A stretch of DNA of 64,000 bases from Patellaria atrata CBS 101060 (Eukaryota): contig MU006090.1 in assembly GCA_010093705.1 (NCBI GenBank), positions 1,976,022 to 2,040,021 of the forward strand, written 5' to 3'. Positions 39,588 through 53,038 of the stretch are shown in pieces. The position numbers and the translations under genes were made by a program. The stretch's first letter is position 1, and every line of letters starts with the position of its first letter. A model generated the notes under the pieces. The model saw only the letters and a list, made by a program, of their open reading frames with translations. It had not been told where the DNA came from and made no database searches.

Positions 39588-41968
39588 CGAAAATATTTTT
39601 TTTGTGATAGATCGCGATTGACTCTCTGCGTTCGGGAGGACATACTCTGTGCGCCGCGCGGGATGATGCGCGGGCTGTATAAATGTCGTTCCGGTAGACG
39701 CATACATCTTAAGCGCCTTGGGAGATCTGTTTCTGTCGAATTGAAGAGGATCTAAGCCACAGGATTGAATTGCATGCGTCGGGACGGGCCAGGCCATTCC
39801 TGACTCGCCTTTGAGGCACTTTTGGATACATGTTCCCTAGCATATATTGCAATAAAAGGAAGGACATCCCAGGAAAGAAGGGTTCGAGGTCCCAATTGAG
39901 CGATATAGTCCACAAATTGAACGTTGCAAGTTACAACACGTTGGGTTGATGCATGTTCTCATCGTTCCTTTAAGTGTAGAGCGTGCTGCTGTGTAACATC
40001 CGCCTTACAAGTGCTTTTCGAGGAGAACGGAATCAATTGCCGCACGACATTGAATGTTGTGAATGTTCAACTCGGTGCCTCTGATATGTTCACGAGAGGA
40101 TGCTTTTCCAACGACCTACCTTGGAGACCCTTGAATCAAGAGCTAGGGCAGTGGAAGTCTGGAGGTGGCTGACGTTTTGTGGAGACCCTTTAATCGTTCA
40201 CCCGAATCGGTCGCAGATCCCTTTATGAAGATCCCTTACTCATCAATCTCGTCTAACCTTAATCAAGCTCACTGAAATAGCAGAATACGAAAAAGAAACG
40301 AGGCATTGAGAACTTCGCGAAAAGTCTCACCTAATTAAGCAGAGAGTGTTCTAGACACGGACTTCAGCCACACGCATGCAATCCCATCCTACGAAAATTT
40401 CGACCTGCGTCCGCCATGGATTCGGAAAACGGCATCTAATGTCTTTCAACATACGTCGGTCCGTTTGAAATATCACTCAGGAACCTAGAAAAATGTGATA
40501 AGATATTTCTGATGTCTCTGAGAGTGAAGTTCGAGTTGTACAGCATCAGCAAAAGGCACGGCATGCCCAAAGCAACCCCTTCCGCATGCCCAGTACCCGG
40601 CTCAGGGAAGGGCTGTGTAAGCGTTGGTGTATCTTGTACGTCTCTGCTAATGGTGGTGTGATACATTGGGCGAGGTCAAGTCTTCCCCAGCTTTTTCTCG
40701 TGTTCGTTCGTCTAGATGTCGTGATGATGCGTTGTGCGATCTTACGGACTTTTGGAGACAGAGGATATTTGGGCGTCGCGCCACGCTGATGCGCCCGAGT
40801 TGGATTGGATGTGATTTTCCAGTATCTACGGAAGTATAGTAGATTGATTACTATCTGGTAACCAGCTCATTCTCGACCAAAGGATGTAGGTCCATGAAGC
40901 AGTCACAGTGAGACAATTCTTCAAGCTCTAGTCTTCCGAAACGTTGAACCATGGAAAATTTTCGTGATGTATGACATCGTGACATAGGCTCATCGGCACC
41001 ATGCATCCATCGTATTCACATGAAAAGCTCCTCTCACATTACTGTAGCTGGCCTACCCCTTCGTGCCCTAAAGTTATACAAATCCACCAAAAACACACCA
41101 ATCGCCTCCATCCCAACGATAGCCCCCGATCCCATCTCGCTGAATCGGGGTCTTGCATGTGTCGTGAAGCGGTGCACGACGCCTCTAATCAACCAGAAAT
41201 CCTTCCCTTAGGGTTAGCAATTTGGGCTAACTCGGCTCATCCGTAAAACAGACCGGAAGGAAATCTCTCATCCCGCGCTCCTCCACACTCACCGGGGCGT
41301 GGGGGAAGAGCCGGGGGGGGAGGGCGGGGGAAGAAGGGAGTTTGGGGAGAGTCAGCTTGCGGATTCGTCGAATGAATCGTTCGAGACTTTCGTCGAACCC
41401 CCGTTCCCGTACCTGCAAACAAAACCACCCAACGCATAATAACCTTTTATGTACCCTCACGCCCGTACAGCTTGCGTCTAACCAGACTACGAAATCCCAT
41501 CGCCGAACTAAGACGCTAAGAGCCTACGCAAGGCGCGGGGTAGAACTGGAAGGTAGATGGTCCATGCGAGAGGGGTGGTCCGGGAAGGACTGTAAGTGGA
41601 ACCTGTAACTACCATTGTGTGCAGACTTTATGTGGCTCCATTTGGTGGACTGATGATTGCGAATTTGGGCGTTGGAGAACTATTGGCTTGGTCTTTTGTG
41701 GTGGAGACTTTTGGTTGAGGGCGTGCAGAGGGAAAGCTGGGAAAGGGTCTAAAAACGGGTTGAATTGGTCAAGGGGGAAAATGTGTGCGTGTAACGACTT
41801 TTACCGTACGAGAGAGTGTAACAAGGAATATTAAAAACTTGTGATGTATTCGGATGGACTACAGATGAGCTTGTAAGACGATATTTTCAGTAGTCATTTT
41901 TACTGAGCGCATTGAGTAGATGTTACGGTATGTCTTTATAATATACAATGGTACTATTTACACATCCA

Positions 41969-41984
41969 GGGGGGGGGGGGGGGG
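41969..41984. repeat. Poly-G homopolymer (G16)
   Basis: Direct read. Confidence 0.9.
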
Positions 41985-42511
41985 TATCATAACCTGACAC
42001 GGAACGAAAGTCTACCAGACTGATTCCGAAGATGTCCAGGTCTTTTGGTGCATTCCTGACTACCGAACCAATATCTTGCGCTTCGTGAAGACCCAAGCGA
42101 GACGTTAGGAACTTGCTGGGAACCGAATTGCTTGTGCGATGGAGCCTAAAATCTCGAAAAAAGGCTTTTCAGCCATTTGACCATTACCAAATGCAAAAAG
42201 CGTCGAAAATCTTGACGCTCGGAATGATTTTCCTTAAACCTTGGTGCCGCCTTCCCGAAAATCCATTTGTAGCCTTGATGGCGATGCGTCTATTACATAG
42301 AAAAGTCGTAATAACGAAGTCATGAAAGCGAAACTAAATGTGAAGGTGGTGAAAAATATTGCCCTAATATAGGTATGGGATATCATGGATGAATAGCGGA
42401 AGTGCCTCCAGTGCTTATTGGATTATTGATAGCCGTACAGACGCCACCTTTTAGGGCTTCTGTCGACGTGAAGGAAATGATTGATAATAATGTTGAGGGC
42501 GGGGTTCAACT

Positions 42512-43519
42512 TCAGTTTTCAAACTTGCGCTTTTCGCTACTAGCTGCGATAGCTAGAGTTTCTAGCGCATTTGAGAACTGGGGTGACATCATATCGTAGC
42601 GTGCTCCTCCCATGATGGTTGGTGCTTGAGCGATGTACTCGGGATCAGGATATTGTGTGGAAGTCAAAAACTCGGACTGGAAAGGTTGAGACTCGTCCTG
42701 AAGATATCCGGGTCCAAAATTAGAGGCAGGGCTAGTTGGAAAGTATGTCTCGTCGACTGGTACTATTAACTGGCCAACCTCAGGTGCTGCTACCTTCGAC
42801 TTCTTCGATGCCGTCTTAGACTTTTTCGAAGATTCACCGTTGGTCTTGGATGCATTTCTTCCGGTCTGATGAGTTCGTCGGTGTTGCTCCATGTTGTCCT
42901 TTCGGGTGAAGGCCTTGTTACATTCCGGGCAGAACGCGTCTTTCTTTCCCGTATGCTTTTTGGCATGCCGGGCGGCATGTCCAGATGTAGTGAAGTGATC
43001 CGAGCAGTTGTATTGTTTTGCAAGAGGACACGGGTAGTGATTTTTCTTCGTCTGAGGCCGCGATTGCGATGATGTCTGCGGTTGCGGTGCTTCCGTGCTC
43101 ACCGACGCGGAGGTAGTTGAGGGAGAGGGTTGATAATATGGATTCTGGGATAAACCACCACCTTGTGGATATGCTACTGAAGTTGTAACATGCGGTAATG
43201 GTGGATACGCTGATTGCATGTCCTTGGTTGACGCGCCGTATAAGGCTGGGTCAGTTGGGAAGATAGCAGGATGGCCATGAGAGGGGAATAGATCATCGCC
43301 GTTGAAGTTGGGAGTAACGGGCGACGGAGTTTCCATCATGCGAGAATCTGAAGAATTGCTGCGAACTAGATGCGGTGTTGGGGGTGAGTGGCACGGAGAA
43401 GAAGAGTAGCTAGATGTTCGTGAGGTAAACGATGGTGCTAAAGACGGTAGTCGAATGACCGCGGGGGTTTCCTCGTTCAAAAGTGAAATCCGGCGGCCGA
43501 AAGAATTTCTGCCGTCCAT
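42512..43519 (-). CDS. C2H2 zinc-finger repressor of the Nrg1 / Neurospora CSP-1 family, intronless
   Basis: Two fingers, YPCPLAKQYNCSDHFTTSGHAARHAKKHTGKKDAFCPECNKAFTRKDNMEQHRRTH (FTTSGH is the Nrg1 signature). N-terminal RRISLLN and C-terminal ALETLAIAA short motifs. Confidence 0.88.
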   Translation of the reverse strand: MDGRNSFGRRISLLNEETPAVIRLPSLAPSFTSRTSSYSSSPCHSPPTPHLVRSNSSDSRMMETPSPVTPNFNGDDLFPSHGHPAIFPTDPALYGASTKDMQSAYPPLPHVTTSVAYPQGGGLSQNPYYQPSPSTTSASVSTEAPQPQTSSQSRPQTKKNHYPCPLAKQYNCSDHFTTSGHAARHAKKHTGKKDAFCPECNKAFTRKDNMEQHRRTHQTGRNASKTNGESSKKSKTASKKSKVAAPEVGQLIVPVDETYFPTSPASNFGPGYLQDESQPFQSEFLTSTQYPDPEYIAQAPTIMGGARYDMMSPQFSNALETLAIAASSEKRKFEN

Positions 43520-43767
43520 TGTTCAAGAAGAGGTAGTACAATGATACGGAGGGGCGTCAACTAGGGACGAGTTTACGGGTAGGGTACACAATTCGAGGAC
43601 TGAATGCTGGCGCAGAAGGTTGGGATATTGGTATATGCTCCGTTCAGACAACTCCCGTCTTTACACCCTGACGAAGAACATAAATGGTTCTAATTGTAGG
43701 CGAAGGTGAGGAATTGAAAGAATAACTTAGGTAAGAGGTCAAGGTGTATGGTATTGCGCCTGACAGC

Positions 43768-43812
43768 ATGTGAGATGTGAGATGCGTGATGCGTGGTGCG
43801 GGATGCGTGATG
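43768..43812. repeat. Degenerate 7-nt tandem repeat (GATGCGT / GATGTGA) upstream of the Nrg1-like gene
   Basis: tgtgagatgtgagatgcgtgatgcgtggtgcgggatgcgtgatg. Confidence 0.7.
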
Positions 43813-46800
43813 AGAGCCGTGGTAGTGAGCAATACTGTAAGATGTTTCTTTGGAGGGGACTTTGGGAATCGTGGGGAAATGTTCTTGAGGTGCCTTTTTG
43901 AGGAAATTCAGAGTCTCCCAAGGGGTGGAAGGATAGCATCCGGCCTTATAATTACAACGCTGGGAACTGCACGGGAACAGAAGCACGATCATTTTTAACG
44001 CCGTCTACGGACAGATTCTGTGGAAAACGGGGAGAGCATGGGGTGTTGAACTGGGCCAGCAGCAATGCCAGGGCCCAAGAGCCTAAGCCTGCCCAACAGG
44101 GGTTAAGGGTAAGGAAAAGGTCCAAAGGGGGTGATGGGCATCATGGATGGGGATCATGGATTTGGGGAAACAAGTTTGCGGGATCCTGTGAATTTCCCTA
44201 AGTTAGAGCGTGCTGGACGACTGACCATAAGAAAACGGGGCAAGCACAGGGGTAGAATGGAAAGCAGTTTTGCCCAGAGCCCCGGGGGGGTTTAGAGGGG
44301 GCTGCTGTGGACTGTGGACACTTACTGCGACACCACTCTTACGCACTTACGGCAACAACATGGCATTCTTGTTTCTTGCATGCATCTAGCGTTCATCTCG
44401 CATCTTTCTGCAATCCTTGGAGGGAAAATTCAGCATCAGTAGTGCCACAGACTCACAGAGCTAGTTGTTTTTTGGGGCGTTAACAATTCAACGATAATAA
44501 GGGTGATGAGGAGTCCAAGGCCCCCTTGACCCATATTATGATACTCGCCTTCGAAACATTATTGGAATCATTTGTTAACGGGAACTTTCCGCTAACACCT
44601 CCGCGATATTGTACAATTCGCAGCATCCGTCTTAGTAACATCGCGTGAGCCCCTAGGTACCTAGAACCACTTGATATCACAAACCTTACTTTTGATACAG
44701 GTTACAAGTTACAATAAGATGGTACCACTACCTTAGAACTACCAAGGTAGGAAGTTCAGCATATCATTTTCCTTACCGACCGCCCCGTTTCCGATGCGAT
44801 GTTTCCATCATCGTTGCCCGAAATTCTCTTGTGCACTTTAAGGTCCGGTGCCTAACCAAAAGCTTGGTCTCAATAATTATGGTCTGTGACTGCTAGACTA
44901 CTGCGTGTCTCCGTTCGTTATACAAGTTATAACAGGACGTGATGCACTACTTACTGATTAATGCTGGTAGCGAACGGTCTTACCGCATGATTCTCCGGCC
45001 CGTCGATGTCATATCTTACTCTCAACTCTCTGCCACCATGTACATCACCCGTCCCGTTACGCAGCCTCAGTTGCCGCATGCCGCGGAGCTTGTCAGTACT
45101 GCGGAGACCAATTCTAGATCGACTCTGGAATCATATTCCGCGAAGAAATTGTACGCGTGCTGAATTCACATTTACATTATTGAGGCGCATACGGAGCAGC
45201 GTTGAAGGTCATTCCTCTTGACGACGATCCTTTTTCTCCGACACTTATGGGACATGGCTGCCCTACTTGGATTAGCATGACCCTGACTGAAGACCCTGAA
45301 GAATCATGAAAGAGTTTATCGAGATAGCAAAATAAACCAAGATACAAAAGCATCTGCTGGACTGGAAAGATAGCAAGCAATCTAACCAATCGTACACGCG
45401 TGCTAACCCGGCATAGCCGCTAGATTCATGTCGGCGGGTTCAAACTTCACCACATATGGTGCATCGAGAGATCGAAAATTCAAACCTGATCTGTAGAGAA
45501 CCGGATTTTGAACATAGCTTTCTGTAGTACGTATCCCACGCGAGAAGAAAGGTACCCCTGCAGTCCTACTTTTGCTGGAGGTTCCACCACCGCACTCTAC
45601 AGTTATGTACATCGATATTGCTTCTCTCTGCCATCCATGCTTGGCTATCTTACTTCGATATTATCGGGCCCAGTAGTTGATGCAGGTCTTCAAGGAGTTG
45701 GATAAAAACTGTCAAAAAATAGTCAAGCGAGGAGCGGCATAGCGACCGAGAAAAGAAAAGATCTTCCATAGACGAAGGTGCTCCTCCTACAAGGCCGTCC
45801 ACTGATACTATCTCTCCGCATTCCTCCAAGACCAGAATGAAGTACTACTGTACAGTACAAGAATACTATATCTGGTACTACCTGTACGTACTCCTGATCT
45901 CGATGTTGCGCGTAAAGGATCAGTATAGCAAGGGCACAGCAGACATTTCACATACGGACTTGCGCTCGTAGCGGGGATCAGGGTTGGAAGATTACATCAC
46001 CAGGCTTGTCGATCTCGATGAAAGGGCTTTAACGACTCCTTTGCGAGGAGGCCGTAGAGGGACTTAAGGTAGAAGCTCAAGGGTCTCCAGCGGTCTCAGT
46101 TCTCCTCGGCACCCAACGAGCGTTAGCGCGCACCCGGTCAACATGGATAGCAGGGCACGTCCCTGCGTTGGTTCGAAGATGTTTATCCACTGGGACAGGT
46201 GGCTTGTTGCTCGCTTCCCTTTCATCATCGATGAACCAGCGAAATCACGATTTCTCTCAACAGTCAAAACGATGGACCCTAGCCTTCACCACCCGCCCTT
46301 TTGCTTCGTCATGCAGACCTTGGCCTATCAAATATGATCGGTGAGCCACTTTCTCAGCCGTATTGTGTGCCCTGCCACGCTTGCTGAAGAACTGCCACGC
46401 CGCCCGCAAATTATTCCACAGTTTCCACCACCTTACAGGACGTGGGATGGAGAAGTCCGACTCAGAAACGCCAAGGGTGTCCGCTTGTCGTTCTCATTTT
46501 CTGGAATCTCGGGATCGCAATCTTCGATCATCCCGCTGTCAGAAATCCTACACAGGATGCCAAAGTGTTCACATCCGTAAACCAGAATTACAGCAAAGGC
46601 GTAGAATTCCGTGAGATGGTCATACACAGTACTTTCGTCTTGATACTTTCGCAGGTATGTTCACTTCAGCGCCTCAAACTGGACCCTTTTATAATTATAA
46701 CCCAAACACTGGTCTTCAAACATAGCCAAGCAAAGGCGTCAAAATAACCTTAAAGGGAGGCAAGACTAAAGAACTGTGAAAATTTTCCAAATGAGGTAGC

Positions 46801-49800
46801 TGAGGTAGGAACCAGCTCGACCGACATTTAGGCGACTACTTTTCATAGAAAGTGCATTACCGAGGAGATAAAAGGATCAGGTCTACACAGCACAACCTAT
46901 GTAAGACTTGGTATTTTACAATATTAACGGGCTGTGATAGGCTCGTTACCTGCCTAGGAAAACTTGGTGCATTTTGGAAATTCGAAAAGGTTTCCTGACC
47001 GTTCTCCGTTTCATCCGAAAGTGCTCCGTCCACCCGCACCTCGCCAGCCTCAGCGTCATTGCTGTATGTTGTTATATAGATACTATACGGAGTAGCCATG
47101 ACATGCGACGATCATGAGCAACATGCTGTATGAAATGACACTTTTGGAGAAATTTCCGGTCCGCGGAAAAATACAGTACCAAGACATCATTCAATTATTA
47201 CTTTCCCCTCTATGAGACACAGGGACACCATTTATATGAGTAGATTGCCGAGGTTTGATCGACTTTTCTTTTAGATATAAGATCAAATATACTGTTCAGT
47301 ATCGAGGTTTGAAATACGATACTGAAAGGATAGTACTTTAAGAATGGGCAGTACAGTACTGTGGCATGAAAGTAAACGAAGGAGCCACGTGTGACGTGTG
47401 TGGGAAGGGGTTCATCAAGAATGAGACGGCCAGTAAAATCCGCTGCAGCCGAAGCCCTGGTACTTATGACGATACGGGGGGCCTTAAACAGTAGTAGTAA
47501 GGAGTGAGTAAGGCACTTTTTGGATGTACAATGCCCCCATGAACGGATTGTAGCGTATTGCCTGTGCACGTCTGTGATGACGATGATTCTATAGATTTTC
47601 TATCCACGAAATCTTTCTAATAGATGACGAATTTCGAAATTTCAAAGTCTTACATAATATTTCTTACCCTCGAGAATACTATTCTCCCTTTTTATTTTTG
47701 AAATTCTGAAGAGTGGGTGGGTTTTGCATGGGGATAGTGTTTAGTGCGTGATTAACAGCGCTACAATCCGGTTCATTGGGGGGAGGGGGGGTTGTTGGGT
47801 TGGGTTGTACTTCTACATCATCATCATGTTATCATCCTCATTCTCTTCACGTTCAACCCGCGCTCAAGGGTCACAGGCCCTTAGGCTCCCCCCTCTTACA
47901 GTACTTGTCTGACACCGAAAACATCCTTCTGGCATCCCAAACTCCCACGTACTTACCTGTGGTTACCCCACACTACTCCTGTAAGGTTAAGGTAAGACGA
48001 GATTCGGTAGTCGGTACCTAGCCTCACCTTAAAAACTTCCTCAACACCAAAATTTAACCCTCCTCGAACATCGTGCTGTGCAAAATCAGCTCAATTTCAG
48101 GGTCTCCCGCCGAATTCGGTATTCTCGAAAAATTAGATGGCGATCTTCGGGCTTGAGGGAGTCCGGTCATCGTTTGGGTTGTATCCAAAATAATCCCCAT
48201 TCTCAACGTTTCTCATCATCGAACGATTCACTGCAGTTCAAATAATTCCCTCTGATGGGCCGGTGTTGGCTTTGACCAAAGGGGTACACTACGATCGAGC
48301 GATCAGCAAGAGATTTCTCGATCCCGCTGTCTGATCAAGGGGGTGGGGACATTGTAAACCCGGCAGCCGACGCATGCTCACCTCACTCGACCTCATCGAG
48401 CTCCGACCAGCTCACGAAGCACTCACGGACCCTTTCTTGACCTGTCGATCAGACCCTCTTGGCCCCCGCAGCTTTTGCTGCCCTATCGAACTCGGACTCA
48501 CTTCACAGCACGTCAAGCCACTCCTATTATTCTGGACACGCCAGGATACTTACGGACATTTTCACCTATTAGAACTTACACATCTAGAGGAAATAGCATT
48601 TCTTGTGTGCCTGAGTTCGATCTAGATGTAATTTCTGACGATTAGGCACCCAACGGCCTTGGAAAAAGTCCGTTGTGCACATCTCCCCACACGTGTTGAC
48701 AAGGATTAATAAGATATTAAGCCTCCCATACTTCTAAGGTCCGTGCGTCTTCCCGTTTCTGTTCCTGCCTCACTCCTCAGTACACTTGTACCTTACCTTT
48801 ATTCCTCCAAAATCCTTCCGCGAAGTTTCTGACACGGCCGAGGAAAGCGTCATCTAGTCATCTGGGGTAGGACGGTGTTTCGATATTCTCAACCTTTCGT
48901 TTCAATAATCACCATCTCGCTTCCTCGTTTTATTCTCTTCTTCGGCCTGTTTCGTTCAGCTTCAGATATCAATAAAGCTCCGACTCTCCTCTTTTTCCAT
49001 GATTGTCATTCAATAATCCTCTTCTTCAACGACTTGTATTCAGTATGACTTGGTTTTATTGCCAAAACTTCTCAGTGCAAACTAGTTTGGTGTTACTCTA
49101 CTGTAGCACAATCACCCTTGAACCATCATCTTGATATACATGGCCCAGCTCCTTCTCCGGCCCCCAGATTTTAGGTTTTGCAAATCTTTTAGAGCATGGC
49201 AACAACCCACCGACTTCGAGAGTATGTTCGCTCGCATTTTTGCATGTCACTCGGATAGCCATCTCATGCTCGTTGAACGATCTTTTTGTGTAGCAAGACT
49301 ATTGTCCGTTGTCACAGACTTCCGGACTTGTAATCCATAAGTGATATGGTTTCTTGTTTATTAGATGTCAGCATAATTACCACGCAACTCTCCCAGTAAC
49401 ATTCAAACCTATCTTTTCACCTTATAGTCAGAGCGTATTTCTATATTACATTTATCCTGTCTTTTAGGATCAAGATGTACTTCAAGCGCTCGCTCCTAGC
49501 CGTAGTGGCCACTTCAAATACAGCACGACCTGAACTTCAGCATCAATTATAGCGAGCCAGTACAGTCTGAATCAGAATTTTCGAACTTTATAATTTCATA
49601 TGGAGTTGATGAATGCCACCAGTTTGAAAGGATTGGGATAACCCCGCCCATAGATCATACCTTTCTGAGTTCTAAACTTCCATTCTCCGGTCGAAAGTCG
49701 CCTTATATCTACTTCACAGTTTCTTTGGACTAACACTCGGCATACGTCAACAGTAGATTAACGTTTGTCTTGTATTCTGAATTTTCTCTTTGTAAAATCT

Positions 49801-51452
49801 GACTTAGAGGTTTAAAAAGATTTGATTTTTTTATGGACTTGCTGTTGCTAGGTTTTGACACTAACCTAAGGGCAACCAGAGTGGTGGTCTCGTGTAAACC
49901 TGATAGAGTTCTTTCCATTCCATAAATAGGAATCACGTTCATTGAAGAAGGTCTCTCTAGATTATATCATTTAAACAAGGAAGTTATAAGAGCAATGGAG
50001 ACCCTGTTGTGATACATGTTAGGGAGAACACCATTCTTGTAAAAATTACTTGTGATTACCAATTCTCCACCATCATATTATCATAACGTTCTACATCACT
50101 TATCACTATCGCATTCGCCATTGACCGTTTCCATCTTTTTACTATCATTGTTTGCGAATGGACCAAACGGAAATCATACAGACCTTTGATGATGTGCATC
50201 TTCCAGAGTTTCTAGTATAATTCCATCTCAATCCTCCTTCAACAGCATATCTTATCGTCAATCAAATCATTTCCCTTCCTCGTCATAATTCTGCATCCTA
50301 GCTCACAGTACGGACACTTTAAGGACTATATATCCACTACAAAGAATGGAGTGTTGAGAGCCTCTAGCGTTTCTAAAGATACCGTACTTTACAATAAGGG
50401 AATCTCAGGACGTCCGAAGATCTGTACCATTTGGGCAGCGTTGGGTACTTGGGTGATTTCTTATGCATTTAGTTTTTTGCACAGTTGTTTCTTCTCGTAC
50501 GAATCGACCCTCTTGTACCGTTCAGACCTCTTAAACATTTCACTGGGGTTGCACAGCCGGCGTGGTTTGTACAGTACATTGTGTCCATCTCCACGGTGGA
50601 GTCGTTTCGTATGGTCTCGCAAAAACAAATTCAAAGCGTAGCACGGTTGAGCAACTATAATACGCAGATGCAGATACTACATCCTATACTGAGAAATTTC
50701 CCGCTCATTGCTCCTCGGAAAATCCACGTCTCGGTTTCTACTTTCTCCAGTGCAGTTTGTATCTCGTCTTCAAAGTCATGTTACTATACCTCCAAGATAG
50801 TGTAGCAAGAGAAAAAGCCAATGAGGAGGTACCCTCGCTCAGGACGAAGGCTATTTACCAATGGAGACACCTTCGAGGTGGATCATCACCTTGTTATGAT
50901 GGTTGGATCATTCTGTAAGATACGAAGATGCTCGATGAACATCCTTCAAGGCCTTGAACTATCTCGACTTCATATTCCCTGGATAAGGGGTGTAGGGGGT
51001 CTATTTAGGTACCTGGCGGCTGATGTTGGCCACGATGTCTATGCAGGAGCTTTCGTGATACTGCCGGATATACGACGAATGATATGATTACCCCTTCACG
51101 CGGATCCGCATCGGGCCCCTTTCCTGCCAGAGACTCCGGAGATGAGACCCAAGTGAGAAAGGGATAGAGCTGGTGAACTCGGTTGAGTATCCCTTTGTCA
51201 AACAGACGCCTCTTTTCTCCAATAACGGAATCACGGAATACCAGCATCTCACTTCTACTCTCAAAACTGCTCCGATCAACTATAAATAATCCCTCATACT
51301 ATAATAATCTTGGTGCGGAAACGTCACTATCAAGCTTCCCCCCAAGCCCGAATTCCCCTGAAACATTCGCCAAGGCCATTTCAGGAACCGAGATACTCTT
51401 CAATTGATCTCATAGACCCACAGCAAGAACCCAAACTGAATTAGGGAAGGGA

Positions 51453-51473
<21 letters not shown>

Positions 51474-51487
<14 letters not shown>

Positions 51488-51539
51488 AGAAGAAGAAGAA
51501 GAAGAAGAAGAAGAAGAAGAAGAAGAAGAAGAAGAAGAA
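51474..51539. repeat. (GAA)22 microsatellite preceded by GAGGAA/GAG units
   Basis: Direct read of a perfect 66-nt GAA run inside a pure-purine tract at about 51443-51547. Confidence 0.97.
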
Positions 51540-52397
51540 GGGAAAGCAGGATGAAACAAGCAGCAGCAAATAGTTCCAAGATATCCTTTAACATGTCTAG
51601 GAACCGTGTAGCCAGCTATCGGCCGCGATACAGTTGTAATAGTAATACCAAAGCCGGAAGCAACCAAGGGGTCCGTATCTCCCGTACGTGAGTCTCCGTT
51701 CGCATCACTATCTCACCTACCTTTCTCCGTCCTGTCCCTGTTTCGCAGCCTACACCCCGCGGATTGATCTCTTCGTCTAGACCCAACTAAACGCCCTTTT
51801 TATGGGAACTCCAACGATCCAAGCGTCACATATTGCAGTTAAACCCCAAACCCTATCAATCTCTCACAACATCCACCTTTCCATCTCCTTGATTCTCGGT
51901 TCGATAATACAAACACCTCCCTCCTCAACAACTCTCCTCCATGGAATACTCACCGTCTAACATTCCCCACCTTGATTCACGCATCATCATGCCCAGTTGA
52001 TAAAAAGCCATCGATATCCCAACCCCCTTTCGAAACGCACGGCTTATCCCATCTCGGCTCCTCGGATGACATCGCTTGGGAAAGTTTCATAATGAAAATA
52101 GAACGGGATGGTCGATATCACATCTCACATCTCCCCTCAGCCATATCCCACGTCCCATACACCTTTATCACTTCCCCAGTTCCCGCGAGTGTTTCCCACT
52201 CCTTTCCTCTCATTCCCTCCAGCCCCACCTTCATACCCAACCCCACCAAACCCACCGGTCCAGATATCCCTCTACCTCGACGGCTCCACCTCTATCTCTA
52301 CGGCTCTACCTCTACCTCCACCGAAAACGCACACAACCCCCTTCCCCGTCCAAGTATGTATAAACCAAACCACAACCATCCACCACCAGCGCCAAAG

Positions 52398-52443
52398 CAC
52401 CAAAAACCAAAAGCAAAAAACCAAAAGCCAAAAACCAAAAACC
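52398..52443. repeat. Degenerate 7-nt tandem repeat (CCAAAAA/CCAAAAG)
   Basis: caccaaaaaccaaaagcaaaaaaccaaaagccaaaaaccaaaaacc. Confidence 0.75.
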
Positions 52444-53038
52444 GATCAAGACCTTTACGATGCAGAACAATATACAATGCCCAACTTCGACAGAAATGGG
52501 ATATCATGAGCCCTTTGTCCCTCATGTGGCTCCTTCATCTGTCGCTCACGGCCTGTTATAGAATACAGTACTGAACGGCTACTTCCAGAAACGTGGCTGA
52601 TCGCGTGAGTGCTTGAGAGGGCTACGAGGTTGGATGGAGGGATGAAATGTACTATAGATATCCTTCGCGGGGATGGATATCTTCCATTTCCACTAGACGG
52701 CCATGATGGTAGTTAGATACATGACGCGCAAGAACGGTGGTGTAGGTCTCACAGGCTCACAATACTTCCAGACTTTTTGTCTGCAATTTATTAAGTGGAT
52801 GTTTTCCTGTAAGATAAATTATTTGACGTAATGCTTATCATTGGAGGCTGTTTTATATGTCGAAAACACGGCTCTTGCTCATACTATGCAAAAAATGGGC
52901 GCAGGAAATATGCAGCACAGGTTATTTCATCAATGTTATTCATTCATTGCTATCATGAATTTGCTACTGTTACAGATTTTTATCGATTCATCGATTCATT
53001 GCTGATTCTTAGGTATAAGAGCCATCCTCCATAATCGC

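Noticed and set aside
47574..47710. GTGATGA...CTGA spacing resembling a second C/D snoRNA
   Set aside because: No recognisable rRNA or snRNA complementarity before the putative D box, and no flanking intron signals.
51400..51594. Poly-Leu 'membrane' ORF
   Set aside because: Translation of the GAA microsatellite.
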